From Spongospora subterranea f. sp. subterranea (Eukaryota): 64,000 bases of DNA. Shown in pieces: positions 35,382 to 54,870 of this stretch. Location of the stretch: positions 248,001 to 312,000 of the forward strand of contig JAUGWO010000023.1 in assembly GCA_049724395.1 (NCBI GenBank), read 5' to 3'. A model generated the notes under the pieces. That model made no database searches, was not told where the DNA came from, and saw nothing but the letters and a program-made list of their open reading frames with translations. How positions within the stretch are numbered: position 1 is the first letter of the stretch; the number at the start of each line of letters is the position of its first letter. The translations under genes were made by a program, and so were the position numbers.

Positions 35382-36174
35382 GTTGTTATGGTACACCTTG
35401 CATCAAATCCAAGAGATAATAATTACTTCTTTTTTATTCATCGCGCAACGTCACAAAGGGTCCCGCTTCGTGCAGAATCATCGTTTTCGTTCACAAGTCC
35501 TCGTAGGCTCGTACCCAAATTTCACCAAACGATCACGGTTTTCTTATTAAGCAATGATCGGTAGGCCAAGTAGTTCTTAGTAGTCGCTTTATAACAGAAA
35601 TTTTGGAGTCTCTGTCAAAAAATATGGTCAGTTTGTCAAGTGGCCGTTGCAATTTAAACTAGCTCGTAATCGAGCGGCTTTGGCAGTGACAAACTTTTAG
35701 AGGCTCTTAGCAAGAGGATTCGGGATTTTAGGTTTATTCAATTGTAGGGATTACTGTAGCACTCGTTTTTGCCCTCGGCGGGAGCACTAAATTCGTGAGT
35801 GCCAACGGAAAAGCAGTGCAGAACGAGACCCAAACTGCAGCCAGGTAACTCGCTGGTCAATCCATTGGTGCGTAAAGGAAGCAATCGGTTCATTTGAACT
35901 ATAGTTTACGAGTTGCATTTGCCAGAGCAGCCTTGGTTTTTATAGGTGATGTTCGCGCAGGTTGGCAAACAGTCACTTTTATCCTAGCAGATATTCCAAA
36001 AACCCAACCCGATATTCCTGATACTCTTTGACAAGGGCTGACAGGTCGTCGTGACATGAACAATTGGCATATCTGGCAAGTGTGACGTACGCTGCTGTGG
36101 CCAATATCTCCCATCGTTCATGTCACAACCCTTAGTTATTGATGAACGCGTGCTGCTAAAACCCTCATCCAAAT

Positions 36175-36534
36175 ATGATTGCGGCAATGCCATCAGCCAG
36201 ATCCTACCACTATCTTCTAGTATTAATTACGTGCTTGACCGTAATCAACGCCGCCGGAATTCAAATCATCGATGTGACGCCGACCAAGCCGATCACTACG
36301 ACCACGCCAAGCCAACCAGCGACAAAACCCGGGGAGATCATTCGCGCCGTCGACCATTCCAAGATCTCGGTACTGGCCGGTAGTGGGATGTGTACCGGCG
36401 ACTCCGTCCAAAACCTGGGCATCTCGAGCGATTTCAAATACCCAACGACGGGGATGTCGCCGAGCGTTTTCCAGCCAGCCAGCTTGTTGCTCATGGGTAT
36501 TGTGGCGGCAGAAACTCTCGGATTTCTATATTGA
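36175..36534 (+). CDS. Small secreted, possibly GPI-anchored Thr/Pro-rich protein
   Basis: Hydrophobic N-terminus, TPTKPITTTTPSQP, hydrophobic C-terminus. Confidence 0.6.
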   Translation: MIAAMPSARSYHYLLVLITCLTVINAAGIQIIDVTPTKPITTTTPSQPATKPGEIIRAVDHSKISVLAGSGMCTGDSVQNLGISSDFKYPTTGMSPSVFQPASLLLMGIVAAETLGFLY

Positions 36535-36669
36535 CCTGAGATCGTATTTGCCACCGATAGCTTGGTCAGCGGTTAATGTCTTGGCCAAAAACAATACTCC
36601 TAATTATAAAATTTGCAGGGTTTCTTAAGCCCATTTGTAAAGTAAAAGTTTATAAAATCGAGAGATGTT

Positions 36670-38832
36670 GTGTTTTTTATTGACAAGGCGACGTTTAATT
36701 TTCTTGACGGGCCGCGTATATCGGGTTTGTTGTTTTCACGATGTGGATCTGTTGAAATGCTGCAAACAAAATTGGATTTACTATCATTACAAGGTGCAAA
36801 TACCCTTCTCCAAAACCCGAAAGCCAACGGAATTACAGTACGAAGGAACAACCAAGTCAAGGAATGAATCAAGGAATAATACTTACTCCACATGGTGTAA
36901 AAAACTACCCGCTAACTTATATTCTATCCACATAAAGTCATTATTTATCACAGCTTAAACGTGTCGATAGCTACTGGGCCCGATTTTATACTACAGCTGT
37001 ATCATTAGCAGTCGTATTTCCACAATGTGGTATGCAATGACACGACGAAAGTCGTAAGGCGAAAAATTTGGAGTGCCCTATTCGACAGAGTCAACGACGA
37101 CAAAACAGCGGATGCCAAATGGGTCTTTCAAAGTCAGGTCATTGCATCAAAAGGTTCCCTGTTTGTCTATACCGAATGTAACAATGGATGTAACGAGACG
37201 ATTGTCGCCCAGTCGTTGGAAAAACGACTAAAAAGTGTCATCTTCACTACTATGATTGTAAGGCCGCTTGTTTTATAACCTTGAGCCCATCTGAGAACAA
37301 AAAAATGTCCCGACTCGTCAATGTTGTCTGTCGGCGACACTGAAATTGTTCCCAGTTGAGTGGGAAGCCAGTTGTTTTGGTGCTGCCTTATTCTCCCCTT
37401 GGGTGATGAGGCAGGCTTGCCTAACACAGCCCTGCAGATATATCGGACTCGGTCTGTGCGATGTTGGCGGTCCTTCCCCCTGTCGGGCTCGTGTTTGCCC
37501 AAACGTCCATCATCTCCGCTGTTGTGTGTTTATTATTAGTCCGTGAGAAGGTTGGGCTGGGAGCGGGCCGCCGGATCTTCGGACCCTGTCCGCTATAATA
37601 TCTGGTGAATTCTCGCTCCTGGCCAGAAATTTGTTCTAGACTCCACCCTGTGTGGTCAATTTTCCGACGACCCGTCAATCTGAAAAATGAGGGAGATCCG
37701 CCTGGACCCATCTGACAGAACCGTGCATTTGATCGATTACGACATGAAACACGAGCTTTTAAACTCGCTAATTTCGATTTTAACAGAACATGTTACGCGA
37801 CAAATTACCAATCAGCTCCCGCCGTCACCTTCATCGTTAATTGACGCCATGCCTGGCTCTGGCTGGTACATTATCCGCTCCAATGACCCTAAAATCGAAA
37901 TTCATGTTGGTGAATATGATATTGGCACTTACGCTAGGGTCAGGCTAGGCCGATTCACTCACCGATCATGACCTCTCTAACATGGCCCACACTATAGTTC
38001 CGCTTAGAGTATCGCCATCCGACATTCTATATCATGTATCGGGTTGAGACAGAGCGGTCGCGGATGATATCGTCAGCGGCAGATGTGGTCATGGCTGATC
38101 GCCAAATCGAGGGCGACGTCACCACCACGAACGCGACGCCGCACCTGGCGGTCGTTGCAGGGTCCAGCTCAGATGCCGGCAGCAGTGATGGTGCACTGGC
38201 GCCATTGCCTGCACTAGACATATGGGCAGATCAAGAGGTATTTTTCACGTGAATTCGCCATTCTCGAGGTCGTTTCGTTGAATTTATTCTCCGCATATAG
38301 GTTCTGAATCTACGTAAAGGGGTCGAGGTATTATCGATGGTCTAGTGTTCTGTTCTTTACTGAATCGTCGGTATAGAGATTCGGGAGAAGATGGAAGACA
38401 ATCGGATTAAAATACGGATTCATCGGGAGAACTTCCAAGGAATTAAGTTTGAAATGGTGTGTGGATGGGCAATTGTCATCTGATGTCCCCTGACGGTACA
38501 ATAGGGAAGAGTTATCCAGAGAGGACGAACCGAGCGGGGGCACCGCCAACGCCCTGAACATGACGACAGGTGGTCTGCCGATCGCATCCAGACGTCGACT
38601 CATGCCGAAATTCACATCACAAGAAACAGTGATGCTGAAACAGGCTGTGAATCAACACGGTCAAGACTGGGCCAGAATCGCCTCGGTAATCATCATCGTC
38701 TGGCCTGGAGTGCTTCTTTAACCAATGTTCCGCTCAGAGTTACGATTTCGGCGGGAGAGACGGGCCAAGCGCTGAGGAAAAAATGGACACGCCTTCAGGC
38801 AATGCCACCTGCACATGACCCACCAATTGATT
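36670..38832 (+). CDS. Multi-exon hypothetical protein with C-terminal Myb/SANT domain, limits uncertain
   Basis: KFTSQETVMLKQAVNQHGQDWARIAS-intron-SYDFGGR...TGQALRKKWTRL at about 38600-38795; linkage of upstream exons is inferred. Confidence 0.45.
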
Positions 38833-39183
38833 CACCTCGTACTACCAGGCAACAATTGCTCGAAACCGATGTTGTTTGTCGGTAGCCCCAATATATATAT
38901 AAAGATATATAATATGTCGCTGTGAAACCCACTAACTGCACTACTTTTCATGTTATTTTCGATGTTGCCCCAGTCGTCCAACAGTCGTCCTCCAACAGTC
39001 CAAGCCGGATCCCAATCCACTGTGTACACTGCTGTCAGTCTCTCATTGCATACACAATACGGTACATATGGCCCACACACCGGGAAGATGCGTGATGCAG
39101 TCACTGCAGTGGCACCGTGACATTCCTTGATCGGGCGGGTTGCGCCGTCATTGATTAACAATCCAGTGCAGTTCATTTTGAAC

Positions 39184-42100
39184 ATGATTCTCTCAGTATT
39201 CGCACGACGCCTACCTGTTCTCAGGGCCCGTCTCGCCGTCCCTCTATCTCGACGCGTTTTGCCTCTTTCCACCGTAGCGAATGGTTTTACTTCGTTTTCG
39301 CCGTCTGTTTCAATCACTTAACGCTCAGTTGGACAAGGTCCGGTTTCCGGGAAGGCTCCCGCAACTTCCGAATCGGTGGTGGACGCTGTCGGTGCTGTTG
39401 ATGTCGCACCATCAATTCCGGAGACGAAAGTCACTGGGACTGTGCAGTCTAAGGCATTCCAGGCCGAGACCAAACAGCTGTTGGATATTGTGGCGAATTC
39501 GCTCTACACGGACAAGGAGGTGTTTATTAGAGAGCTGGTGTCCAACGCCAGCGATGCCCTGGAAAAGTGTCGCCTGATGCGCCTCCAGAGCGACTCCATG
39601 TCTGGCGATGATCGTCCTCTGGGTATTATGATCTCAGGTGATGAGGCGGCCGGCACCATCACTATTGTCGATAATGGCATTGGTATGAGCTATGATGAGC
39701 TCGTCACAAATCTAGGGACCATCGCCAAGTCCGGCTCCAAGGTAATCATCTCTTCCGACAATGCTTAATAGTGGATACTTTCTTCGTATGTATCCGACTT
39801 GAGTCTCTCAAAAAATCCGGGCTTGCGTTGTTCATTGGATTGCTGCCGTTCTTTGGAAACGTTCGATTCGACAACCATTTGCGGATAGAGTCGTTTGCCG
39901 TATTTTACGTTTGCGAATCAAGTTTTTTTGTTTGAATCTAATCCCGACGGGTTTCAAGTAACTTCTTTCATGCTAATTAATTTGCAACGTTATACATACT
40001 CTTGACATGGGATATATAGGACTTCATGGAGAACTTGAAGACATCAGCCGAGGCTTCATCGATCATCGGGAAATTTGGTGTTGGTTTCTACGCCTCGTTT
40101 ATGGTTGCCGATAAGGTTTGTTCTGCTGTACCCCAAAAAAGGAATTCTTATATATTTGTTGCAGGTGGAAGTTTTCAGCAGGTCATCTGCGGATCCGTCG
40201 TCTCCTGCGCACTACTGGGCATCCGATGGTACCGGAACCTACGATATCGCCGAGGCCGAAGGTTTCAAACAAATTTCAACTCAGTTTCAACAATAATCTG
40301 CTGTACTAGAGAGATCCTTTTCCTTTTTTTGTGCAAACTTGCTGCGACTTCTCCATTATGTTTTGGGGAATAGCACTCCCTAGATGTTTTTATTTGTTTA
40401 GTATTTATTTTGTCCGGCTTTCAACAGGTGTGCCCTCTGGTACGAAAGTAGTCTTGCATCTCAAGGCTGATTGCCGACGGTTCGCCAAAGACTCCGACAT
40501 CAAGCGGATCGTCGCTAAGCACAGCATCTCAATCGGATTTCCCATTCAAGTCAACGGGGCTACTCAGGTTTCCCCTTCCTTTTTCGTCCTGTGTTACTGT
40601 TTATGTATTTTCTTCTTTTAACCACAAATTTCGAATTTTCTGGTTGCGTCCGCAATAACGAGATTATGCTGATCTTTGTTATCAGACTGCTGTCGGAGCG
40701 ATTTGGCTGCGCAATAGGAATGACGTATCCGAGCAGGAATATGTCGATTTCTACAAGCAGACAGCCAACGTTGGTGATGATGTTGCGGGAACGCTAATAA
40801 TTTGATATCGTCACTTCTTCAGGCATACGAAAAGCCGTTCGACACGCTGCATTTCGCCACAGATGTACCACTATCACTTAATGCCCTGCTGTACTTTCCC
40901 AAACGACACACTGAGAAATTCGGTATTGTACGCGTTGCCTGATCGTTTCGTATTGCTGACCGTTGATTAGGAATGGGCAAAGAGAAACCCAGTGTGAACT
41001 TACTGTCGCGAAAAGTCACGATTCAAGCAGGATCGCCCCATCTTCTACCAGATTGGCTCAGGTTACAAATGTCGAATATTCTGTTTTGGGAGGAATCTTA
41101 TTGTTCGTACACAGGTTCATGAAAGGTGTTGTTGATAGCGCTGATATCCCCTTAAATATCAGTCGTGAATCAATGCAGAATAGTGCCTTAATCCGCCGTA
41201 TCAACAATGTCATAACTCAGCGAATTCTACGACATCTATCCGATATGGCAAAACAGGAACCTGCCCGATACAACGAGTTCTACGAAGAAGTAATGACGTT
41301 TTTGCGTCGCTCGTTCTTCTGTGATATCAATGGTTTGATCATATAGTTCGGTCAATTCTTGAAAGAAGGCGTATGTTCCGATGATCAGAACCGCACCAAG
41401 ATTGCGTCGTTGCTCAGGTTCTCCTCGTCTTCCTTCGATCATCTGACGTCTCTCGACGAATACGTATCGCGGATGCCAGCCGATCAGAAACACATATACT
41501 ATTTCTGTAAGACGGTCTTTTGGGTGAACTAGTTTTCATATCAGTTTCAAAATCCTTTTATTCGTCACACCCCAATGAGTCCTACAGTTGGAATTTCCCA
41601 AATGTGACAATTTTACGCACGTTGTTTTGATATAGTTACTTTTATATACAGCTTCTCTGTCGAACTGCCTCGGCGTTTAAACAATTTTGTGCTATAGTCA
41701 ATCCTAGTCGTGAATTGGCTCTATCGTCTCCATACTATGAATCTTTCAAAGAGCGCGGCACTGAGGTCTTGTTCCTGTACCGCGAGGTAGACGATTTTGT
41801 GATGCAGAACTTGAGGCGTCACGCCGACCGCCCATTTATGTCCATCGAATCTGCTCACCTGGAAAACAAGAAGGATACTGCTCACGACGACAAGACTGAT
41901 GAAAGCAATTCTGCGGAAAACGTCATCAAAGAAGGGTATTGTGAATTTGTTATGTTAGTTTTCTAAAATCTTTCATTTTTGTTTGTCTTAACGTTTTTTT
42001 TTGGTGGACACACGTTTGATTTGCAAACTAAGTCGTTTTGCTGCGATCAGGATGCCGGCGTATATGCAGTCGGTTCTAGGGAAGCGCGTTTCGAGTGTTT

Positions 42101-42548
42101 CCGTTTCTAAGAGGCTTGTTTCATCCCCAGCCATTCTGATTGACCATGAGAACGCTGCCGTTCGACGAATGATGAAGATGGTTGAGGTGGGTCAGATTTT
42201 CTAAGTTTTAGCTTATACCTTAAAAGTTGTTAGGGAGGAAAGACTATGGTTGATTCTTTAGGCAAGCAAAAAATGGAAATCAATCTATCGCATTCGATTA
42301 TCAAAGGAATTTTCGCTATGCGCGACTCGAATCCGGAGTTGGCCAGCCAGCTAGTCGAGCAGGTTTTTGATAACGCCCTGGTGGCGGCGGGTCTCATGGA
42401 CGACCCTCGTCTAATGCTAACTCGCATTAATCGTCTTATGGAATCCTGTTTGGCATCGTCAACAGCAATTCCTCAAACGGAACAGACGACGGTATCGACC
42501 CCGGAAGCAGAATCGACGATAGAAACGGCGAAATCAGCCTCGCAGTGA
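39184..42548 (+). CDS. TRAP1: Mitochondrial HSP90 (TRAP1/HSP75), multi-exon
   Basis: FQAETKQLLDIVANSLYTDKEVFIRELVSNASDALEK, DNGIGM, IIGKFGVGFY, DIPLNISRESMQ; Arg-rich presequence. Confidence 0.95.
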
Positions 42549-42668
42549 ACCACCCCTGTTTATAAATGAATTAAAGCATTGTTTGGACCTAATATGTGTG
42601 GATCTAATTGACTTAATCAGCCGGTTCTCCCGCAATTTGACGCCAGGTCCATCCTCCCTGAGAGAGAG

Positions 42669-43880
42669 TTACAAGAAGAATATGGATTGTTTCGAGACAG
42701 TTCTTGCGAGTTGGACTGAAGCGATGATTGTGATAAGATTGGCTACAATAATCACCCCGTCCATGATCATAAATATCGGTATTTGATGAAGCAGGATGGT
42801 CTGCAGATGCCCCAAACAGGGCGGCGGCACCGGCGTCTGCAAAGAGCATGATGTGGATCCGTCCGCCTGGTATCCACCGCAACAGTTATACCTGCGTTGG
42901 ATATAATCTCGGGCGTCAGTAGGGGCCGCGTTCCACGATTGGACCAAATAGGTCTCTGGCGATCGCTGGACCATGTATTGATGAACAATGAGCAACGACT
43001 GGGCCACTGCTCCGGCCAATAACAATGTTGAATGCAGGTAGATGACGCAGATAGGAACTCGACTAGCAATACAGACACCGATGGCGGCGATTGCAACACT
43101 GGCACCTGCTAGAATTGCGTTTTTCTGGATCAGGTCGAGCAGGACCAGATCAGCCGCGCTATCAATCATGAACCATGTTGCGTATCCTAATAACGCCGAC
43201 GACGCCATTACATTGATGACGTTGCTCAAGACGGTAAATCGCTTCCGCCACAATATGGCGAATTCAACCATGCGTCGGACTGCCCAGCGGTGACTGCCTT
43301 CGCGTAATCGCCGCTCGTAATTCTCATGTCGCTCGAAATACGTCCCATCCTGGTCGCCCAGCCCCGTTGTCGAAAGGGCAGTTGGCATAATTTCGTTCAA
43401 TTGTATGATGATCTGAGGGCGGAGATTCACGAGAGTGGTATCTCGATGTACCCTGGGCTATCCCTCGCATGGGATATTCTCGACAATATCTGGGATCGCA
43501 TCATAATACCATTGGTCACACACTATATCGTCTGCGGAAACCGTCCGTGTTTTGTAGTTTTCAAACCGCTTTTGCATGTATTTATGTTTTGTTTTAAGGC
43601 AGATCGTAGAATGATCACCTGTAGATTTCTGAGCCGTTGATGTCAGAAGCTGCCGCTCGGTATTCGGTGACAAGATGAAAACTGTTGGGACGCTGATCCC
43701 GCATTTGTGACACATTGGTGACAACGGCCAGTGCGTAATTCGGGTTCATTGTGCTCAGGTCAACTGTGGTCCACCGGCCCGCCACCGCTACTAGTGTGTA
43801 GTGACACTTTTTGCACTTGAAATTGGTCCATTGCTGCCGTTTGTTCATTGGCATTGTCACTCCAGACCTAAAATCGACCA
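42669..43880 (-). CDS. Tetraspanin-like 4-TM protein with N-terminal extension
   Basis: Four hydrophobic segments, DYIQRRYNCCG and PC in the large loop; upstream exons uncertain. Confidence 0.6.
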
Positions 43881-43949
43881 TGAAAGTTATCAACTTCAAC
43901 TTTCGACTTTGACAATTCAACACTCACACGACCAGATCACCGATTCGGC

Positions 43950-50528
<6,579 letters not shown>

Positions 50529-51672
50529 GCTGGAGATGCCCCGCTGGCAGAATGCGCTGGGTCCTACAGTTCTGGACCAATTGTCGCCTCCATAATCTGT
50601 AGCTCCCACCGCTTATGAACTTGTGATGGGAAGTCGTCATAGCACGTGTATAGGTCCCGTAATGACCTCCCATTCCCTATATACTACTGTAGTAGTGGTA
50701 AATAACCGACATGGGCCGTTACAGTCTGAACATTTCCCACTGAGATAGCAGTGACCCAGTTCATGTAGCGTTAAGCACAATCAGTGAGCTTGACACACGA
50801 TACAGGCCTTCACGCAACTTCGATTGAGGAAATCGGCACTCCCAACATTAACAGCACTGCATGAATGGTGTTGATAAGATATGCCAAAGGTTGAAGAATG
50901 GCTCTCTCTTGTGGTTGTGGAAACCGGGCGCATAGTCCAGCAGAGCAACATCGAAAAACTGAACTACTTGAGCCGATCACCCCTAATTGGCTCAGTCAAT
51001 CAAAATCGACTCCGAATTTAGGCTCTGAATTCTGGACATCTGGTAATCAGAAAATAAGTACCAGTTCGGCCAGATGACCTTCCAAATTGGCTTTCCGCGG
51101 TTCTACATTTTCATTACCACGGGCAACCCCAACGTTTGATGCAAGAGACCTCAATCGTGTGAATATAGCCAATTGGACACCTCATGCCAGAAAATTAGCA
51201 ACGATGAGCGTTGGATCGATTGATGATCAAAGCGACGGAAACTGGAATTTACGGCAATCTGGTGCCTTCTAACAATTCTACTAAACTGCAGATTTCTCCT
51301 GTACTGCAAAGGATGCATTCTCAGTATAACAATGCGATTACATTCAATACTCATAGCGACATACTATTTTGAACACTCTGTTGAGTCGCGCCCCCACAGT
51401 AGTCAATTTGACCCATAAATAAATAATTACTATGACGTCGATTGCATGAACGAAAAATGGAAAAATGTAGGGAACTGGGATATGGGTAAATGGCTAAATG
51501 TATTTTAAGAATTTATGAGTTTTGAGCTGGGACAGGTATTGGAGGGAACTCGACCCCGTGTCTTGCTTACACGAGCGGCATATTAAGTTAAACACGACTG
51601 GAATCCAAAGAGTTCCAAGGATTAGAAATATAAATGAAGGAGGTCGTAAACAACTGAATAAATGCCGCTTGA

Positions 51673-53569
51673 TTATGAGCGGAATATTGTTGAAAGAAAT
51701 CCCATATCGGACTGATCCTCCATTTCTTCATCGTGCTCAAGTGCCATACGAGCCCTTTCCCTTTCTTTCGAAATCGCAAGTGCCCTGTCCTCCTCACGCT
51801 GAGCCGCCTCTCGCGCCCTCTTACGCTCAGATTCTTCCCTTTCCAGCCTCGCTTTTTCGTCCGAGGCGACTCTCTCCTGCGCTATACGTTCAAATTCTTT
51901 AGCTCGAGCCTCCTCCTGGGCTAGCCGGTCTTTCTCACGTTGCTGCGCCTCAGCATTCATCGTCTGATAATCGCTCCACAGAGGGTCTTTCTGGCCGGAA
52001 TCATCCGCAACTGCTGCGGAATCGTTGGTTGACGACGGGCCTAAAGATAAATCACGCCATGCGTCTGAATTAACAATGTCAACAGGTTTGTTGACATCGT
52101 TGGTCGTGTCTTGTTCAAGGCTTTGCTGCGAAGTCAAAACCGGAATGTCATGAGGCAACAGAACTTCATCATCATCGCTACTCTCAGAATCTAAGCCACT
52201 GGATGACGACGAGTCTGAATCGGATTCACTACTGATGACGGCAGTGGCCACTGATGTCATTGAGCTAGACATATTCCTGCTGGGCGGATGAGAACCATGA
52301 CCATTTGATTTTGACCGCGACGTTGTTTTGGGAAGAACACTGGCCACGAACTGCTGCAATCTCCTCAATGTTTCAGGGGGCAAAAGTTCAATGTCGATTT
52401 CAACAACGCGACCTTCACAGCTCTCCGTTTGAGGAACAGCTTGGGTGCCGGTAATGCTGGCGATCTTGACGTATTGATCCGGTGGAATGCGAACAATATC
52501 AGCGCGCAGCTTGGATTTCTCCCATGAAAGTAAGCGGCCTGATAAGATCGACGGAATGGTTGTGAGATCCGCTGGATACAGGCGCCGGTGCATCACAAAG
52601 AGAGCTGTGGAATATCAAGGTTGAACAACCACAACAATAGCCGGCTGATTAGAATCAACTTACACTTCCCTAGCAGGGGGCGCATTCAACGAACGACGCC
52701 GCTCCCTCTTGAGATTATCCTTTTTCCGATTCCAGATGCGTTCCATTTCCAAAGTAGCCTCGTGCACGAAGGATTTCGGTAGATTAAATAGCTTGGCGTT
52801 GTCCCAGACAAGCTGCACGTCGGCAATGAACGCCGACAGCGTGGTATAGAAGGTATTCGACAGTCGATCTCTAATTGTGCCCAAATCCATAGGAAAACGG
52901 ACGATTTCAGGATAGGTCGGCAAATCTAACGCCTTCCAATCAACTGGGACAGCGAACACGTGACCATACTGATTTTGTATCAAGTCGTCAATGATGCGAA
53001 TGCACGCCTTCAGAGACGATTGCAGCGAATCATCATCAACAACCTGAGTCGATGTCCTCAATTCTTTCTTCTTTAGACGCCAGCGATTTTCGCTTCATAT
53101 TTGAGGACTGGGACTTAGAGTGATCCCGGGATCCGTTGGCGTGTGTTATCGTTGCAGCTGGAGCCAAAGCAGAAGCAGGAGGGCCAATACCCGCAGCATG
53201 ATTTTGTTCAACCGCCAGCGCAACTTGGAGTCGTTTCAAATAAGACTCCATCTCCATCTTTCTTTGCTGCAAACGATTTCGTTTCGCAACCAATTGAGAC
53301 GAAATTATGTCTGATTCCTTGTCTTTCTTAGACAGCGCCGAAGTTTTCTTTCGTTTTCTATGCATTGGAGAAGTGTGATCGCCGTGATGGTTCAAATCGT
53401 CATCGGCATTAGATTTTACACGCGGGATGCGAATCCGGTCGCCAAACAGGAATTCTGCACTAAGGTTGGTCTGACGGCGCGAACGTTTGCCGGACACAAT
53501 CAAAGTCGCCGATTGTGGCGTTTGTTCGAGTGTCGCGGCCGGCTGTACGCTCTCGTCCATGACCAGCAT
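51673..53569 (-). CDS. Bromodomain + extra-terminal (BET/GTE-like) protein
   Basis: VFAVPVDWKALDLPTYPEIVRFPMDLGTI...VQLVWDNAKLFN; ET motif VVEIDIELLPPETLRRLQQFV; charged coiled-coil tail. Confidence 0.92.
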
Positions 53570-54870
53570 AGACCAAGGGAAACCGCACCCGCCCTGGTCA
53601 AAGACAGTGGCGAATCCAATCGGCTAAAACCTCTAATACGAGCGAGATCGCTGGCCGTCAGCCTGTGACTGAGATAAATGACTTGACACGGCCTCCCAAC
53701 TTCCCTTATATATAATCGCGACGTTCAACCACCGGTCGTAATAGCGATTATGAGCCCGATCCATACGAGCGCAATCCGCGGCGGAGTTTACTACCTCACA
53801 GCAGTCTGCAATCTTGCCATGGTTCCAACGCCACTTGGCACTTGCTTGCGGTTGCGCTCGGCACTCACCCCGTTAATCTGCTGGACATTTTGGATGTCGG
53901 TCGTTCGTTTGCCGATTTTTGGCGCGCCGTTTGTGTCACGCATATTATCCATGCTTTGTCCACACGAATTAATCAATAAATCTGCACATCTCGTTGTTTT
54001 CCGTTTTGAGTGATTACTGCCATAGTGTTTTACCAATTCCGATTTGATTAGTATGGATCGGGAGGAACTACTTATGACTTTCCATTGATATTATCTCGAC
54101 ACGAAAACGGCTAAATCGTGGTTAAGGATTGCATTAGGCTTTTTCACAGCTGTGTTTGGAAGTAGAATCAGAAACACCATTTCGATAGAAGTTATGACGT
54201 AATCACCTTACAAGAGTATGTGATTTTCTTTACAAAGGTTGACTGGTAGCAAACCGCCGGACAGTAGAACATGAAGTTGATTACAGTCTCGATCCGAGCG
54301 AGTACAACATAATTACTGTGACAAGCAAGCACACAGCGATGAATCCATTACAGAATAATGCTATTTACGCCATTCATAGGCGTGTGGGCGCTGACGATTG
54401 CCCTGATTTCGGTAAAGAATGTCTTTATCCGTTGGCATAAAAAAATTTTAAGCAAGCCACTGCAATATAGGGAAATGAATTCGTACCGGATGATCGGCTA
54501 AGTGGATTGATGCCCGAACTGGTAATTGCCATTGCCCCAGTGACAGTTTTGATGATGGCGACGTTGGCGTTTCTTGCCGGGTCGTTATCGGCCTGTCTCT
54601 ACATGTATATGTGGAGGAGCAATTATCCGGCTGATAACGACTATACTACATTCCTGCCCAAACAGATTTGGCGAAAGCGCCAGAACGTACCAAAAAGATA
54701 GGTAGTGTATGACCCGGCAAGCACTATGCGCGATTGTCCAATTATTGTTTTTAGGTTATTTGAAAAACTATTCACTTTGTGTCGTCACTATTTCTGCAAG
54801 GGATGAGCGTAACATGTCGCCCTTGAATAACCATAATTTATACAAAATAATAGAGCTAGTTACCATAATT

